From assembly GCA_902764185.1 (NCBI GenBank), contig CACWUV010000047.1, positions 1 through 16,667 on the forward strand: a stretch of 16,667 bases of DNA, written 5' to 3'. This DNA is from an uncultured Eubacteriales bacterium. GTDB taxonomy: Bacteria; Bacillota; Clostridia; Christensenellales; Aristaeellaceae. The notes below the pieces were generated by a model that did not search any database, had not been told where the DNA came from, and saw only the letters and a list, made by a program, of their open reading frames with translations. The position numbers and the translations under genes are program-made. How positions within the stretch are numbered: the first letter of the stretch is position 1; each line of letters begins with the position of its first letter. This document shows positions 1 through 6,835 of this stretch, one piece after another.

Positions 1-39
1 AAGTCGCTAAGAGAGCTTCCGGGCATAAGAAAAACCGAT

Positions 40-356
40 GGCCAGCCAGAAAATGAAAGCATTCATTTTCTGGTCTGTCCAGCGGTTTTTCGCTGTGCGC
101 TTTGCGCACAGCACGCCAGCGGAGCTGGCTGCCCGGAAGCGGTGGATGGCGTTACGTAAGCAACTGCGGGAAGTTGCCCATTATCGAAGTCGTGCAACAT
201 CCGCCATTGGCGGGGTCCGGGGTGCAACTTGCACCCCGGTGGGGTATGGGGGCTTGGAGCGCCCGGAAAGGCTGCCAGTGGCAGGCTTTCAGCGGAAAGC
301 GGGCCGGAAGGCCCCGGAAAAGCCCCATCGTTCTCCCCGTCAAATTTCTGTTTTTC
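40..356. other. Hairpin- and palindrome-dense GC-rich non-coding tract downstream of argF. Candidate structured RNA or operator cluster; family not recognised.
   Basis: Stems read directly from the sequence: 46-57/62-73 (12 bp, loop AGCA); 92-100/104-112 (9 bp); 116-120/124-128; 160-165/172-177; palindrome CCGCCATTGGCGG at 201-213; 23-nt palindrome at 217-239; 266-277/279-290 (12 bp, 1 mismatch); GGGCC-GGAA-GGCCC at 301-314. Long-range pairing is possible between 241-255 and 320-338, followed by a T-rich run at 341-356. The overlapping ORFs lack RBSs and overlap each other in several frames. Confidence 0.3.
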
Positions 357-406
357 AGTGCATTGTTTTAATCAGAAAATAATACCAGTTCACAGTATCC
401 GCCGTT

Positions 407-1402
407 TTACGCATCTCCCAATGTGGCGGCCATGATGGCTTTGATGGTGTGCATCCGGTTTTCCGCCTGGTCAAATACGATGGACTGAGGGCCTTCAAAG
501 ACCTCGTCCGTCACCTCCATGGCGGCCAAGCCATATTTTTTGTGGATTTCCCGGCCGATGGTGGTCCGGATGTCGTGGAAGGCGGGCAGACAGTGCATAA
601 AGCGGCATTGCGGCCCGGCGTTCTGCATGATTCTCGCGGTGACCTGATAGGGGGACAGGGACTGGATGCGCTCTTGCCATACATCGTCCGGCTCGCCCAT
701 GGAGACCCATACGTCGGTGTAGATCACGTCCGCGCCGCGGGTGGCCTTTATGGGGTCCTCCATAAACTCGATGCGCGCGCCGGTTTGCAGGGCGAAGGTC
801 TGGCATGCCTGCACCAAGGCGGAATCCGGGAAATAAGCGGCCGGGGCGCAGGCGATGAAGTGCATGCCCATCTTGGCGCAAACCACCATCAGGGAGTTGC
901 CCATGTTATACCGGGCGTCGCCCATATACACCAGCTTTTTGCCCTGCAAGGAGCCAAAGTGCTCCCGGATGGTGAGCAGATCGGCCAGCACCTGGGTGGG
1001 ATGGAATTCGTTGGTCAGGCCGTTCCACACGGGCACCCCGGCATAGCGGGCCAGCTCATCCACGATGGTCTGGGCGAAGCCGCGGTATTCGATGCCGTCA
1101 TACATGCGGCCCAGCACCCGGGCGGTATCTGCAATGCTCTCCTTTTTGCCGATCTGGGAACTGCTGGGAGACAGATAGGTGCTGTGCATGCCCAGGTCCG
1201 CCGCCGCCACCTCAAAGGCGCAGCGGGTGCGGGTGCTGGTCTTTTCAAAAATCAGCGCCACGCTTTTGCCCTCGCACAGCCGGTGGGGGATGTGGGCCTT
1301 TTTCTTTGCTTTCAGATCCGCAGCCAAATCCAGCAGATATTCGATCTCCTCGGGCGTGTAATCCAGCAGCGTCAGAAAAGAACGTCCGTTCAGCAATGTC
1401 AT
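407..1402 (-). CDS. argF: Ornithine carbamoyltransferase
   Basis: The translation carries the carbamoyl-phosphate motif STRTR, HPTQ, the ornithine-binding [16 protein letters not shown], and the conserved C-terminal [15 protein letters not shown] place the start at ATG 1402 (MTLLNGRSF...), preceded by GGAGGTG about 7 nt upstream. The 20 extra N-terminal codons in the ORF track (to 1462) run into the promoter. Stop is TAA at 407-409. Confidence 0.95.
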   Translation of the reverse strand: MTLLNGRSFLTLLDYTPEEIEYLLDLAADLKAKKKAHIPHRLCEGKSVALIFEKTSTRTRCAFEVAAADLGMHSTYLSPSSSQIGKKESIADTARVLGRMYDGIEYRGFAQTIVDELARYAGVPVWNGLTNEFHPTQVLADLLTIREHFGSLQGKKLVYMGDARYNMGNSLMVVCAKMGMHFIACAPAAYFPDSALVQACQTFALQTGARIEFMEDPIKATRGADVIYTDVWVSMGEPDDVWQERIQSLSPYQVTARIMQNAGPQCRFMHCLPAFHDIRTTIGREIHKKYGLAAMEVTDEVFEGPQSIVFDQAENRMHTIKAIMAATLGDA

Positions 1403-1433
1403 AGGGAACACCTCCATCTCCTTTCTTTCTTCT

Positions 1434-1462
1434 AATATAGCGCATGTTGCCGCAAAGAGCAA
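1434..1462 (-). promoter_or_regulatory. Putative sigma-A promoter of argF
   Basis: On the minus strand: TTGCTC (1457-1462), a 17-nt spacer, then TATATT (1434-1439). An A-rich UP-like tract (ACAAAAAAAC) lies directly upstream. The -10 element is about 30 nt upstream of the argF ATG. Confidence 0.5.
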
Positions 1463-1577
1463 GTTTTTTTGTGGTATTTATACGATTTTTTTCATTTTGT
1501 TTTGGGCGGGTAAACGAAAAATGGCAAGAGTACTGATTTCAGCTTGTCTAACGATGTAAGGAGCCATGCTATCATGC

Positions 1578-1601
1578 AAAAAACCGCCCCCGAAGGGGCG
1601 G
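1578..1601 (-). terminator. Rho-independent terminator of the LRR/Cys-rich gene
   Basis: On the minus strand: CCGCCCC-TTCG-GGGGCGG followed by TTTTTT, beginning 16 nt after the TGA stop at 1617-1619. Confidence 0.85.
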
Positions 1602-1616
1602 CGGACAGGCGAGACG

Positions 1617-2909
1617 TCAGGGTTTAACATATTTGCAGTACACACATACGCCGCTGGGATTATAGGTGTGCACGCCGGTGGGCTGGATAGCCGTGGCGCA
1701 GGAGATTACGGCATGGCAATACTTGCACATCAAATAGCCCGTGCTGCCGTAGGAGACGCAGGCGGGGGCATACTGATTGACCCATATATAGCAGGGATGG
1801 CGTTTGCAGTTGAAGCCGTCGTTCTTTTGCTCCGTGGCGCTGCAATGGCGGCAGGTGTGTTCCAGAATGCGGGGCGTGACGCAGGTGCCTTCATCCACCA
1901 CCACCCAGTCGCGCCACCAGTGGTTGCGCTTGCCCAGAAATTGGGCGGCCTTCAGCACCTCGCCGCAGGAGGAGCACACCAGGGATTCGCTTTCGCCGTC
2001 GTCATAGCAGGTGGCGGTGCGGTCGATCAGCTTACACAGGTGATAGCCGCGGTCGGCGCATACGGTGGCGGCGCCGCCGGTGACCTGCCAGTGCGCGCCG
2101 GTGATCCTGTTGCCGGAGACGGAGGCGGCGCAGCGGTCGCAGGTCAGGGTCAGACGGCCGGTGCCGTCGTCAAATTCCGCTTTGAAGGCGTGGCCCAGAG
2201 GATCGGTCGGACGCAGCTCCGTCTTTTTGCACACAGAGCAGGTGTATGCGCCTTCGCCAGCGGCAATGCAGGTGGCGGTGGTCTGGGTCAGGGTCCACTG
2301 ATGCGCATGGGTATCCTCGGTGATTACGGCCTCCACAGCGGGCGCTTCCTGGGGCAGGCTGATGCCCACCAGGCTGCCGCAATCCGCAAAGGCGTCAGTG
2401 CCGATCTGCTTCACCCCGGCGGGCAGCGCCAGATCCACCAGGCTGGAGCAGCCGCGGAAGGCGCCCGCGCCGATGGCGGTCAGGCTTTCGGGCAGGATCA
2501 CCTCGGTCAGAGCGGAGCAGCCGTTGAAGGCGTCCGCGCCGATGGTGGTGACACCCTCCAGGATGGTCACGTTGGTCAGGCTGACGCAGCCGCGGAAGGC
2601 GCTGCTGAACTTTTTCACCGTGCCGGGAATGGTTGCGTCGGTGATCTTCTCGCGGCAGGCGTCAAAGGCGGAGGAGGAGATGCTCTCCACCGGCAGCCCT
2701 TCGATGGTCTCGGGAATGTTGATGACGCTTCCATCGCCGTCATAGGAAAGGATCACGGCGTAGGTGCCGTAGGGAATACTGTAGGTATATTCGCCATAGG
2801 TCTGCGCCGTTCCCTCGGCCAACGCCGCAAAGGGCAGGGCCAGACACAGCGCCAGCAGGAGCAGGATCGTTTTTTTCAGATTGCTCTTATGGGCGACATA
2901 TTTTTCCAT
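1617..2909 (-). CDS. Secreted protein with an N-terminal signal peptide, BspA-type leucine-rich repeats and a C-terminal Cys-rich repeat region
   Basis: The signal peptide is MEKYVAHKSNLKKTILLLLALCLALPFAALA followed by EG. About five ~23-aa repeats fit the pattern lP.gv..IG..AF.gC.sL..v (residues ~62-186), typical of BspA/LRR_5. The C-terminal 230 aa contain about 27 Cys. There is no LPXTG motif or C-terminal TM helix. Only one in-frame start exists (ATG 2909) and it has no SD within 20 nt. Confidence 0.8.
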   Translation of the reverse strand: MEKYVAHKSNLKKTILLLLALCLALPFAALAEGTAQTYGEYTYSIPYGTYAVILSYDGDGSVINIPETIEGLPVESISSSAFDACREKITDATIPGTVKKFSSAFRGCVSLTNVTILEGVTTIGADAFNGCSALTEVILPESLTAIGAGAFRGCSSLVDLALPAGVKQIGTDAFADCGSLVGISLPQEAPAVEAVITEDTHAHQWTLTQTTATCIAAGEGAYTCSVCKKTELRPTDPLGHAFKAEFDDGTGRLTLTCDRCAASVSGNRITGAHWQVTGGAATVCADRGYHLCKLIDRTATCYDDGESESLVCSSCGEVLKAAQFLGKRNHWWRDWVVVDEGTCVTPRILEHTCRHCSATEQKNDGFNCKRHPCYIWVNQYAPACVSYGSTGYLMCKYCHAVISCATAIQPTGVHTYNPSGVCVYCKYVKP

Positions 2910-2986
2910 ATTTATTATATCCGGTTTTGTCCTTCCGGGCTGTGACGGTTTTCTTAAAAAAGAAAAACGATTTTATGACGATTGCA

Positions 2987-3038
2987 AAAGGCCGCCAACG
3001 GGCAGAGGACGGTTGCGTCCATCTGCCGGCTGACGGCT
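2987..3038 (-). terminator. Long-stem intrinsic terminator downstream of pfkA
   Basis: On the minus strand: GCCGTCAGCC-GGCAGA-T-GGACG-CAAC-CGTCC-TCTGCC-CGTTGGCGGC, followed by CTTTTG. The outer stem needs two G-U wobbles that form only in the minus-strand RNA. It starts about 35 nt after the pfkA TAA. Confidence 0.7.
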
Positions 3039-3072
3039 TTTTGTTGGATAATTAAAAGGCGTGTTTCCGCCG

Positions 3073-4134
3073 TTACAGCGCGTTGATCACGTTGTACATC
3101 ATGCGGTTGAAGGGACGGCGGGCGCGCAGCGCCTTCTCCAAGTCCTCATCGAACACGCGGCCGGCCTTGCGGCCGATGACGCGGTTGCCGATGCCGCGGT
3201 TGAGCAGGTCCACGGCGCGCACGCCGGCTTCAAAGGCGAAGGCCGCGTCGCGGGCGGAAGGACGGGCGCCGCGCTGGGTGTAGCCGATCACGGTATGCCG
3301 GGCCTCGCAGGAGGAGCCGTCGGGCATGTGGCACATGCAGCAGAGCAGCTGGGCCAGACGGTGGGCGTTGATTTCTTCGCCCGGGAACACCTTTTTGCCG
3401 TGGCTGTTCAGGTAGCCGGAAATGTCAAAGGGCGCCATCAGCTCCCACGCGCCTTCGGCCACCACGATGGTGCTGCGGTAGTCGCCGCGGTCGATATGAC
3501 GCTGCAGGTGGCTGGCCACTTCTTCAATGTGCCAGCGCTTGGCCTCGGGGCACAGCACGATTTCAGCGCCCGTGGCCATGGCGGTCTCCAGAGCGATGTC
3601 GCCGCAGTGACGGCCCATCACCTCCACCACATGGGGACGGTCATGGGAGCGGGAGGTGGCGCGGATGCTTCGCACAGCGTCCACGCATACGTTGACGGCG
3701 GTGTCAAAGCCCAGGGTCATGGAGGTATAGGGCAGGTCGTTGTCGATGGTGCCGGGGATGCCGATGCAGGGAATGCCCTGATCGCACAGAGCTTTGGCGC
3801 CTTTGAAGCTGCCGTCGCCGCCGATGACGATGACGCCGCGCACGTCGCGATCCCGCAGCAGCTGGGCCGCCCGCTGCTGCACTTCCAGGTTTTTGAATTC
3901 CAGACAGCGGGCCGTGCGCAGCTGGGTGCCGGCCAGGTCGGCGATGTCCAGCGCGTTTTCCAAGGAAAGATGCACGAAGTCCTTATCGGGATTTTTGCCC
4001 AGCAGGCCGTTGTAGCCCCGGTCGATGCCGATCAGGGACATGCCCAGCATGTCCGCCGTGCGCGCGATGGCCATCACCGCCGCGTTCATTCCCGGGCTGT
4101 CGCCGCCGCTGGTCAAAACTGCTATATGAGACAT
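3073..4134 (-). CDS. pfkA: ATP-dependent 6-phosphofructokinase
   Basis: N-terminus is MSHIAVLTSGGDSPGMNAA. The protein also has IGGDGSFKGA (Gly at the ATP/PPi-discriminating position), GIPGTIDNDL, GFDTA, VMGRHCGDIAL and GYTQRG. RBS GGGAGG lies 6 nt upstream of ATG 4134. Confidence 0.95.
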   Translation of the reverse strand: MSHIAVLTSGGDSPGMNAAVMAIARTADMLGMSLIGIDRGYNGLLGKNPDKDFVHLSLENALDIADLAGTQLRTARCLEFKNLEVQQRAAQLLRDRDVRGVIVIGGDGSFKGAKALCDQGIPCIGIPGTIDNDLPYTSMTLGFDTAVNVCVDAVRSIRATSRSHDRPHVVEVMGRHCGDIALETAMATGAEIVLCPEAKRWHIEEVASHLQRHIDRGDYRSTIVVAEGAWELMAPFDISGYLNSHGKKVFPGEEINAHRLAQLLCCMCHMPDGSSCEARHTVIGYTQRGARPSARDAAFAFEAGVRAVDLLNRGIGNRVIGRKAGRVFDEDLEKALRARRPFNRMMYNVINAL

Positions 4135-4158
4135 ATGCGTACCTCCCGCCTGCGGCCT

Positions 4159-4368
4159 TTACCGCAGTAAATTATTTTCGATCAGCAATTGCTGGGCTTC
4201 CGCGGCTTCGCCGGCGGGCACCAGGATCTCAAAGCAATCCCGCTGCCCGCTGCCGGACGTCACCCGGCGATACCGCGCCAGAAAGCTTTCCTGCTGCAAA
4301 AAGCGCAGAATCTCCCGGGCGCTCTGCTCGCTGCGAGCCAGATGTATCATCGTCCAGCCAGCGTCCAT
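4159..4368 (-). CDS. Small DUF2007-like protein (putative signal-transducing, PII-like fold), co-transcribed with pfkA
   Basis: 69 aa counted from ATG 4368. GGAGG lies 11 nt upstream; the TTG at 4386 used in the ORF track sits inside that SD. The pattern is a beta strand (TMIHLA), a helix (EQSAREILRFLQQESF), ARYRRV, then FEILVPAGEAAEAQQLL, which resembles DUF2007. ATG 4350 is an alternative start. The stop is 24 nt upstream of the pfkA ATG. Confidence 0.45.
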   Translation of the reverse strand: MDAGWTMIHLARSEQSAREILRFLQQESFLARYRRVTSGSGQRDCFEILVPAGEAAEAQQLLIENNLLR

Positions 4369-4406
4369 GCCACTGCCGACCTCCAAAATATGTAATGCAC
4401 CCCCAT

Positions 4407-4435
4407 ACTATACCACAAACAGGGTTGCGTTTCAA
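4407..4435 (-). promoter_or_regulatory. Sigma-A promoter with extended -10 for the small ORF-pfkA operon
   Basis: On the minus strand: TTGAAA (4430-4435), a 17-nt spacer, then TGG-TATAGT (extended -10; hexamer at 4407-4412). It lies about 20 nt upstream of the GGAGG of the small ORF. Confidence 0.7.
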
Positions 4436-4453
4436 TCAATTTTGTTCGATTTA

Positions 4454-4621
4454 TTAGAGCCTGTTTCTAAATTCGGAAAGATGCATTTTCGGCGTCTCGG
4501 CATGCATTTCAGCGTTGCTTTTCCTCGATTTATCTTCAGTAAACCATCGTCAAAGCGCCTTGAACTGCAAGCCGATCCGCTTGAAACTGCACATTCCTCA
4601 TTTTAGAAACAGACTCTAAAT
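4454..4621. repeat. 168-bp lower-GC element bounded by imperfect terminal inverted repeats (MITE-like or REP-like, or a long-stem RNA)
   Basis: TTAGAGCCTGTTTCTAAATT (4454-4473) faces the inverted copy TTTAGAAACAGACTCTAAATT (4602-4622). An 18-nt core is complementary with one mismatch. The interior carries the direct repeats ATGCATTT(T)C and CTTGAA(A)CTGCA. No credible ORF is present. Confidence 0.5.
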
Positions 4622-4623
4622 TG

Positions 4624-4672
4624 AAAGGCGCGCGTTTTCCCCGCCTGTCACGGGGATGAAGGCGGGCCTTTC
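4624..4672 (-). terminator. Possible terminator or structured 3' end of the ApbE-like gene
   Basis: On the minus strand, after TAA (4680-4682): GAAAGGC-CCGCC-(15-nt loop)-GGCGG-(internal loop)-GCCTTTC, followed by AATTTAG. The stem is GC-rich but the U-tract is poor, so this call is weak. Confidence 0.3.
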
Positions 4673-4679
4673 TATGTGT

Positions 4680-5855
4680 TTATAAGCTCATCTCGGCGCC
4701 GGGCTTCACCGTCAGCTCCGCACCCTCGCCTTGATACAGATAGGCATAGAACACGTCCTCCGGCAGCGCCGCGATCCTGCTTTCCACGCCTGCCTGATCC
4801 GCCTGCATGCACAGGACCGCCAGCTCGTAGGCCAGGCTGGTCAAGTCCTGTCTGCCGCCGGCCAGGGACGCGGTCATCAGCACCTCCCGGGGCGCGCCCA
4901 GCACGGGATCGATGAAGGGATGCCGCAGGGTCTCTCCCACCCGGTAATAGCCGTAGGCCGACTCCTGCAGCGGATAGGCGGTGAACTGGCAAAAGGCGGA
5001 GGGGGAAGGCCATTTCACCGTGCCCGCCGCGCCGTCCGCGCCATAGACCGTATATCGGGTGTCGCCGCTTTCCAGCCAGATAGAGCATCCGCTGTCCGTG
5101 TACAGATAGCCCGTGATCCCCTGGTTTTCCAGCACCGCCGCCGTCATATCCAGCAGATAGGCGTCATGCAGCAGGTTCAGATCCAGCGTCGGTCCTTCCA
5201 CCTCCAGCTCGTCCGCGAAGGCTGCGTATTCCGGCGAAATGATCAGCGCCGCCGCGTTTTCCTCCGACAGATCCAGGGTGATGAGGCCGGGCTGATTTAC
5301 CATTTCCGTGATCGCCGCCAGCCGCTCCGCCTCGTCGCTGCTGCTTCGCGGATCGGCCTCCTGGGGCTCCTCCAGATAGCGCAGGGTTTGCCATTCGTGA
5401 TAGAGCGCCCCGGCAAACAGGTTGTATCCCTCGCCCCGCTGCATCCGGGCGGAGGCGTCCGCCAGCACGGCGTAAAGGGCCGGAGCGATCTGCATTTTTT
5501 CGCCGGGCGCTTGATTGAGGGAAGCGATGTTCACCATGCCCGGGTAGGTGTGCTCCGCGTCCAGCAGCTGATAGGCCCGCAAAAGCGCGTCGGAAAAGCC
5601 CTTCTGCACGGCGTTCAGCTCCTGCCGGATGTCGCTGCTGTTACCCTCGGCGTAATGCAGCAGATGCGCGCCGCTGCCAAAGAGCACGGCGCTGCCCTCC
5701 GCCGTCAGGCCCACGTCATAATAGCCGTTGTCCTTGTGTCCCAATTGCAGCACGCCGTTGGTAAAGGCGTACACCGCCACGATCACCGCGGCGATGAAAC
5801 CCAGCAGCCGCCACGCCAGCTTTTTATCCTTGAACAAAGAATTCCCGCCTTTCAA
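4680..5855 (-). CDS. Membrane-anchored ApbE-like protein (FAD:protein FMN transferase family, divergent)
   Basis: N-terminal TM helix LAWRLLGFIAAVIVAVYAF. Three segments align in order with ApbE family blocks: MVNIASLNQ...GEGYNLFAGALYHEW (ApbE S..lN...G.fD...g.L..lW); LDLNLLHDAYLLDMTAAVLENQGITGYLYTDSGCSI (ApbE lDlggiaKGyavD....L...Gi...lvn.GGdi); and YYRVGETLRHPFIDPVLGAP (ApbE y..dG..yhHiiDPrTG.P). There is no ATG near the N-terminus. The start is TTG at 5855 or TTG at 5837; each has GGCGG 7 nt upstream. Confidence 0.6.
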   Translation of the reverse strand: MKGGNSLFKDKKLAWRLLGFIAAVIVAVYAFTNGVLQLGHKDNGYYDVGLTAEGSAVLFGSGAHLLHYAEGNSSDIRQELNAVQKGFSDALLRAYQLLDAEHTYPGMVNIASLNQAPGEKMQIAPALYAVLADASARMQRGEGYNLFAGALYHEWQTLRYLEEPQEADPRSSSDEAERLAAITEMVNQPGLITLDLSEENAAALIISPEYAAFADELEVEGPTLDLNLLHDAYLLDMTAAVLENQGITGYLYTDSGCSIWLESGDTRYTVYGADGAAGTVKWPSPSAFCQFTAYPLQESAYGYYRVGETLRHPFIDPVLGAPREVLMTASLAGGRQDLTSLAYELAVLCMQADQAGVESRIAALPEDVFYAYLYQGEGAELTVKPGAEMSL

Positions 5856-5882
5856 AAAAGGGCCGCCATGGGGCAGCCCTTT
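5854..5882 (-). terminator. Rho-independent terminator of the opp operon
   Basis: On the minus strand: AAAGGGCTGCC-CCAT-GGCGGCCCTTT followed by TTT. The 11-bp stem includes one U-G wobble, which would be an A-C mismatch on the plus strand. It begins 7 nt after the oppF TAA. Its U-tract overlaps the TTG at 5855. Confidence 0.85.
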
Positions 5883-5888
5883 ATTTTC

Positions 5889-6833
5889 TTATGCACCGAA
5901 CCGAATCTTTTTATACTGCGCGATCTCCTCGCTGTCGCCGTAGACGAAGTGGCCGTTGCCAATATCCACCAGCTTGGGCTGATCGCCGTTCTCGTCGTAC
6001 ACCCGGGGATTGTAAATGAAGAGCTTTTTCTTTTTCTCCAGGATGGGATCGGGAATGGGGATGGCGCTCATGAGGGAATGGGTGTAGGGATGCAGGGGAT
6101 ACTTGAACAGCTCCTCGGTCTCCGCCACCTCCATGACGCGGCCTTTGTAGATCACCACGATGCGGTCAGAGATGAAGCGCACGATGGAGAGATCATGGGC
6201 GATGAACAGATAGGTCAGTCCGCGTTCCCGCTGGAATTTTTTGAGCAGGTTCAGCACCTGGGCACGGATGGACACGTCCAGGGCGCTGATGGGCTCGTCG
6301 GCCACGATGAGCTCGGGCTCCATGACGATGGACCGGGCCAGACCCACGCGCTGGCGCTGGCCGCCGCTGAACTCATGGGGATAGCGGGTCAGGTGCTCGG
6401 GCAGCAGCCCCACCTCGTTGATGGCCTTTTCCACCTTGGCCATGCGGTCCTTCTCGTCCTTGAACAGGTGAAAGTTGTACAGACCCTCGGAAATGATGTA
6501 TTCGATGGTGGCGCGCTCGTTCAGGGAGGCGGCGGGGTCCTGGAAGACCATCTGGATCTTGCGGATGACCTCCCGGTCCTTGGCCCGGCTCAGCTTGCCG
6601 CTGATCTTTTCGCCTTTAAAGTAGATGGCGCCGTTGCTGCACGGGTTGATGCGCACGATGGCGCGGCCGATGGTGGTCTTGCCGGAGCCGCTCTCGCCCA
6701 CCAGGGACAGGGTCTCGCCCTTATAGATGTCAAAGCTCACGTCGCTGACGGCCTTGAAGCTGTTTTTGCCTTGCTTGAAAACCACGTCCAGGTTCTGGAC
6801 GGAGAGCAGGACTTCCCGATTGCTGTTTTCCAT
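5889..6833 (-). CDS. oppF: Oligopeptide/dipeptide ABC transporter ATP-binding protein (second ATPase)
   Basis: Walker A is GESGSGKTT, the signature is [14 protein letters not shown], Walker B is [12 protein letters not shown], the H-loop is FIAHDL, and the C-terminal oligo-HPY-type motif is [13 protein letters not shown]. The ATG lies 2 nt after the oppD stop. Confidence 0.93.
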   Translation of the reverse strand: MENSNREVLLSVQNLDVVFKQGKNSFKAVSDVSFDIYKGETLSLVGESGSGKTTIGRAIVRINPCSNGAIYFKGEKISGKLSRAKDREVIRKIQMVFQDPAASLNERATIEYIISEGLYNFHLFKDEKDRMAKVEKAINEVGLLPEHLTRYPHEFSGGQRQRVGLARSIVMEPELIVADEPISALDVSIRAQVLNLLKKFQRERGLTYLFIAHDLSIVRFISDRIVVIYKGRVMEVAETEELFKYPLHPYTHSLMSAIPIPDPILEKKKKLFIYNPRVYDENGDQPKLVDIGNGHFVYGDSEEIAQYKKIRFGA

Positions 6834-6835
6834 GC

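Noticed and set aside
1-406. Tested by eye whether the structured tract is RNase P RNA, tmRNA, SRP RNA, a T-box leader, or a cobalamin, SAM, ZTP or guanidine riboswitch.
   Set aside because: The universal signatures are absent on both strands. I found no GGAAAGUCC or ACAGAA..GGCUUA for RNase P, no tRNA-like CCA end or tag ORF for tmRNA, no GGUCCGGAAGGAAGCAGC-type asymmetric loops for SRP, and no GGGUGGUACCGCG T-box. The isolated GCCACUG is not accompanied by the other B12-box elements. A covariance-model search is still needed.
38-435. ORFs 38-382(+), 102-371(+), 229-435(+) and 152-343(-) in the leftmost region.
   Set aside because: They overlap one another in different frames and have no SD upstream of their starts. 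Their products are Arg/Gly/Pro-rich with no motifs. The DNA is better explained by the dense palindromes, so I treat it as non-coding.
1403-1462. 20-codon N-terminal extension of argF given in the ORF track ([20 protein letters not shown]).
   Set aside because: It overlaps the predicted promoter. The internal ATG at 1402 has a GGAGGTG SD and gives the canonical OTCase N-terminus.
1479-1496. Possible ArgR/AhrC ARG box (AATGAAAAAAATCGTATA on the minus strand) upstream of the argF promoter.
   Set aside because: Only the TGAA half-site and the A/T core fit the TNTGAATWWWWATTCANW consensus. The second half-site (ATTCA) is missing and no tandem box is present.
2905-2925. A TATAAT hexamer (2914-2919, minus strand) lies 4 nt upstream of the ATG of the LRR gene, suggesting a leaderless mRNA.
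   Set aside because: The distance from the -10 to the ATG is too short for a normal discriminator. There is no acceptable -35 or extended -10 TG. It is likely a chance match in an AT-rich stretch. The missing SD remains unexplained.
4367-4606. 79-aa plus-strand ORF, and a 21-aa minus-strand ORF (MRNVQFQADRLAVQGALTMVY), inside the inverted-repeat element.
   Set aside because: Neither has a properly spaced SD. The plus-strand ORF begins inside the neighbouring gene and promoter, and its composition is not protein-like. The element is more likely non-coding.
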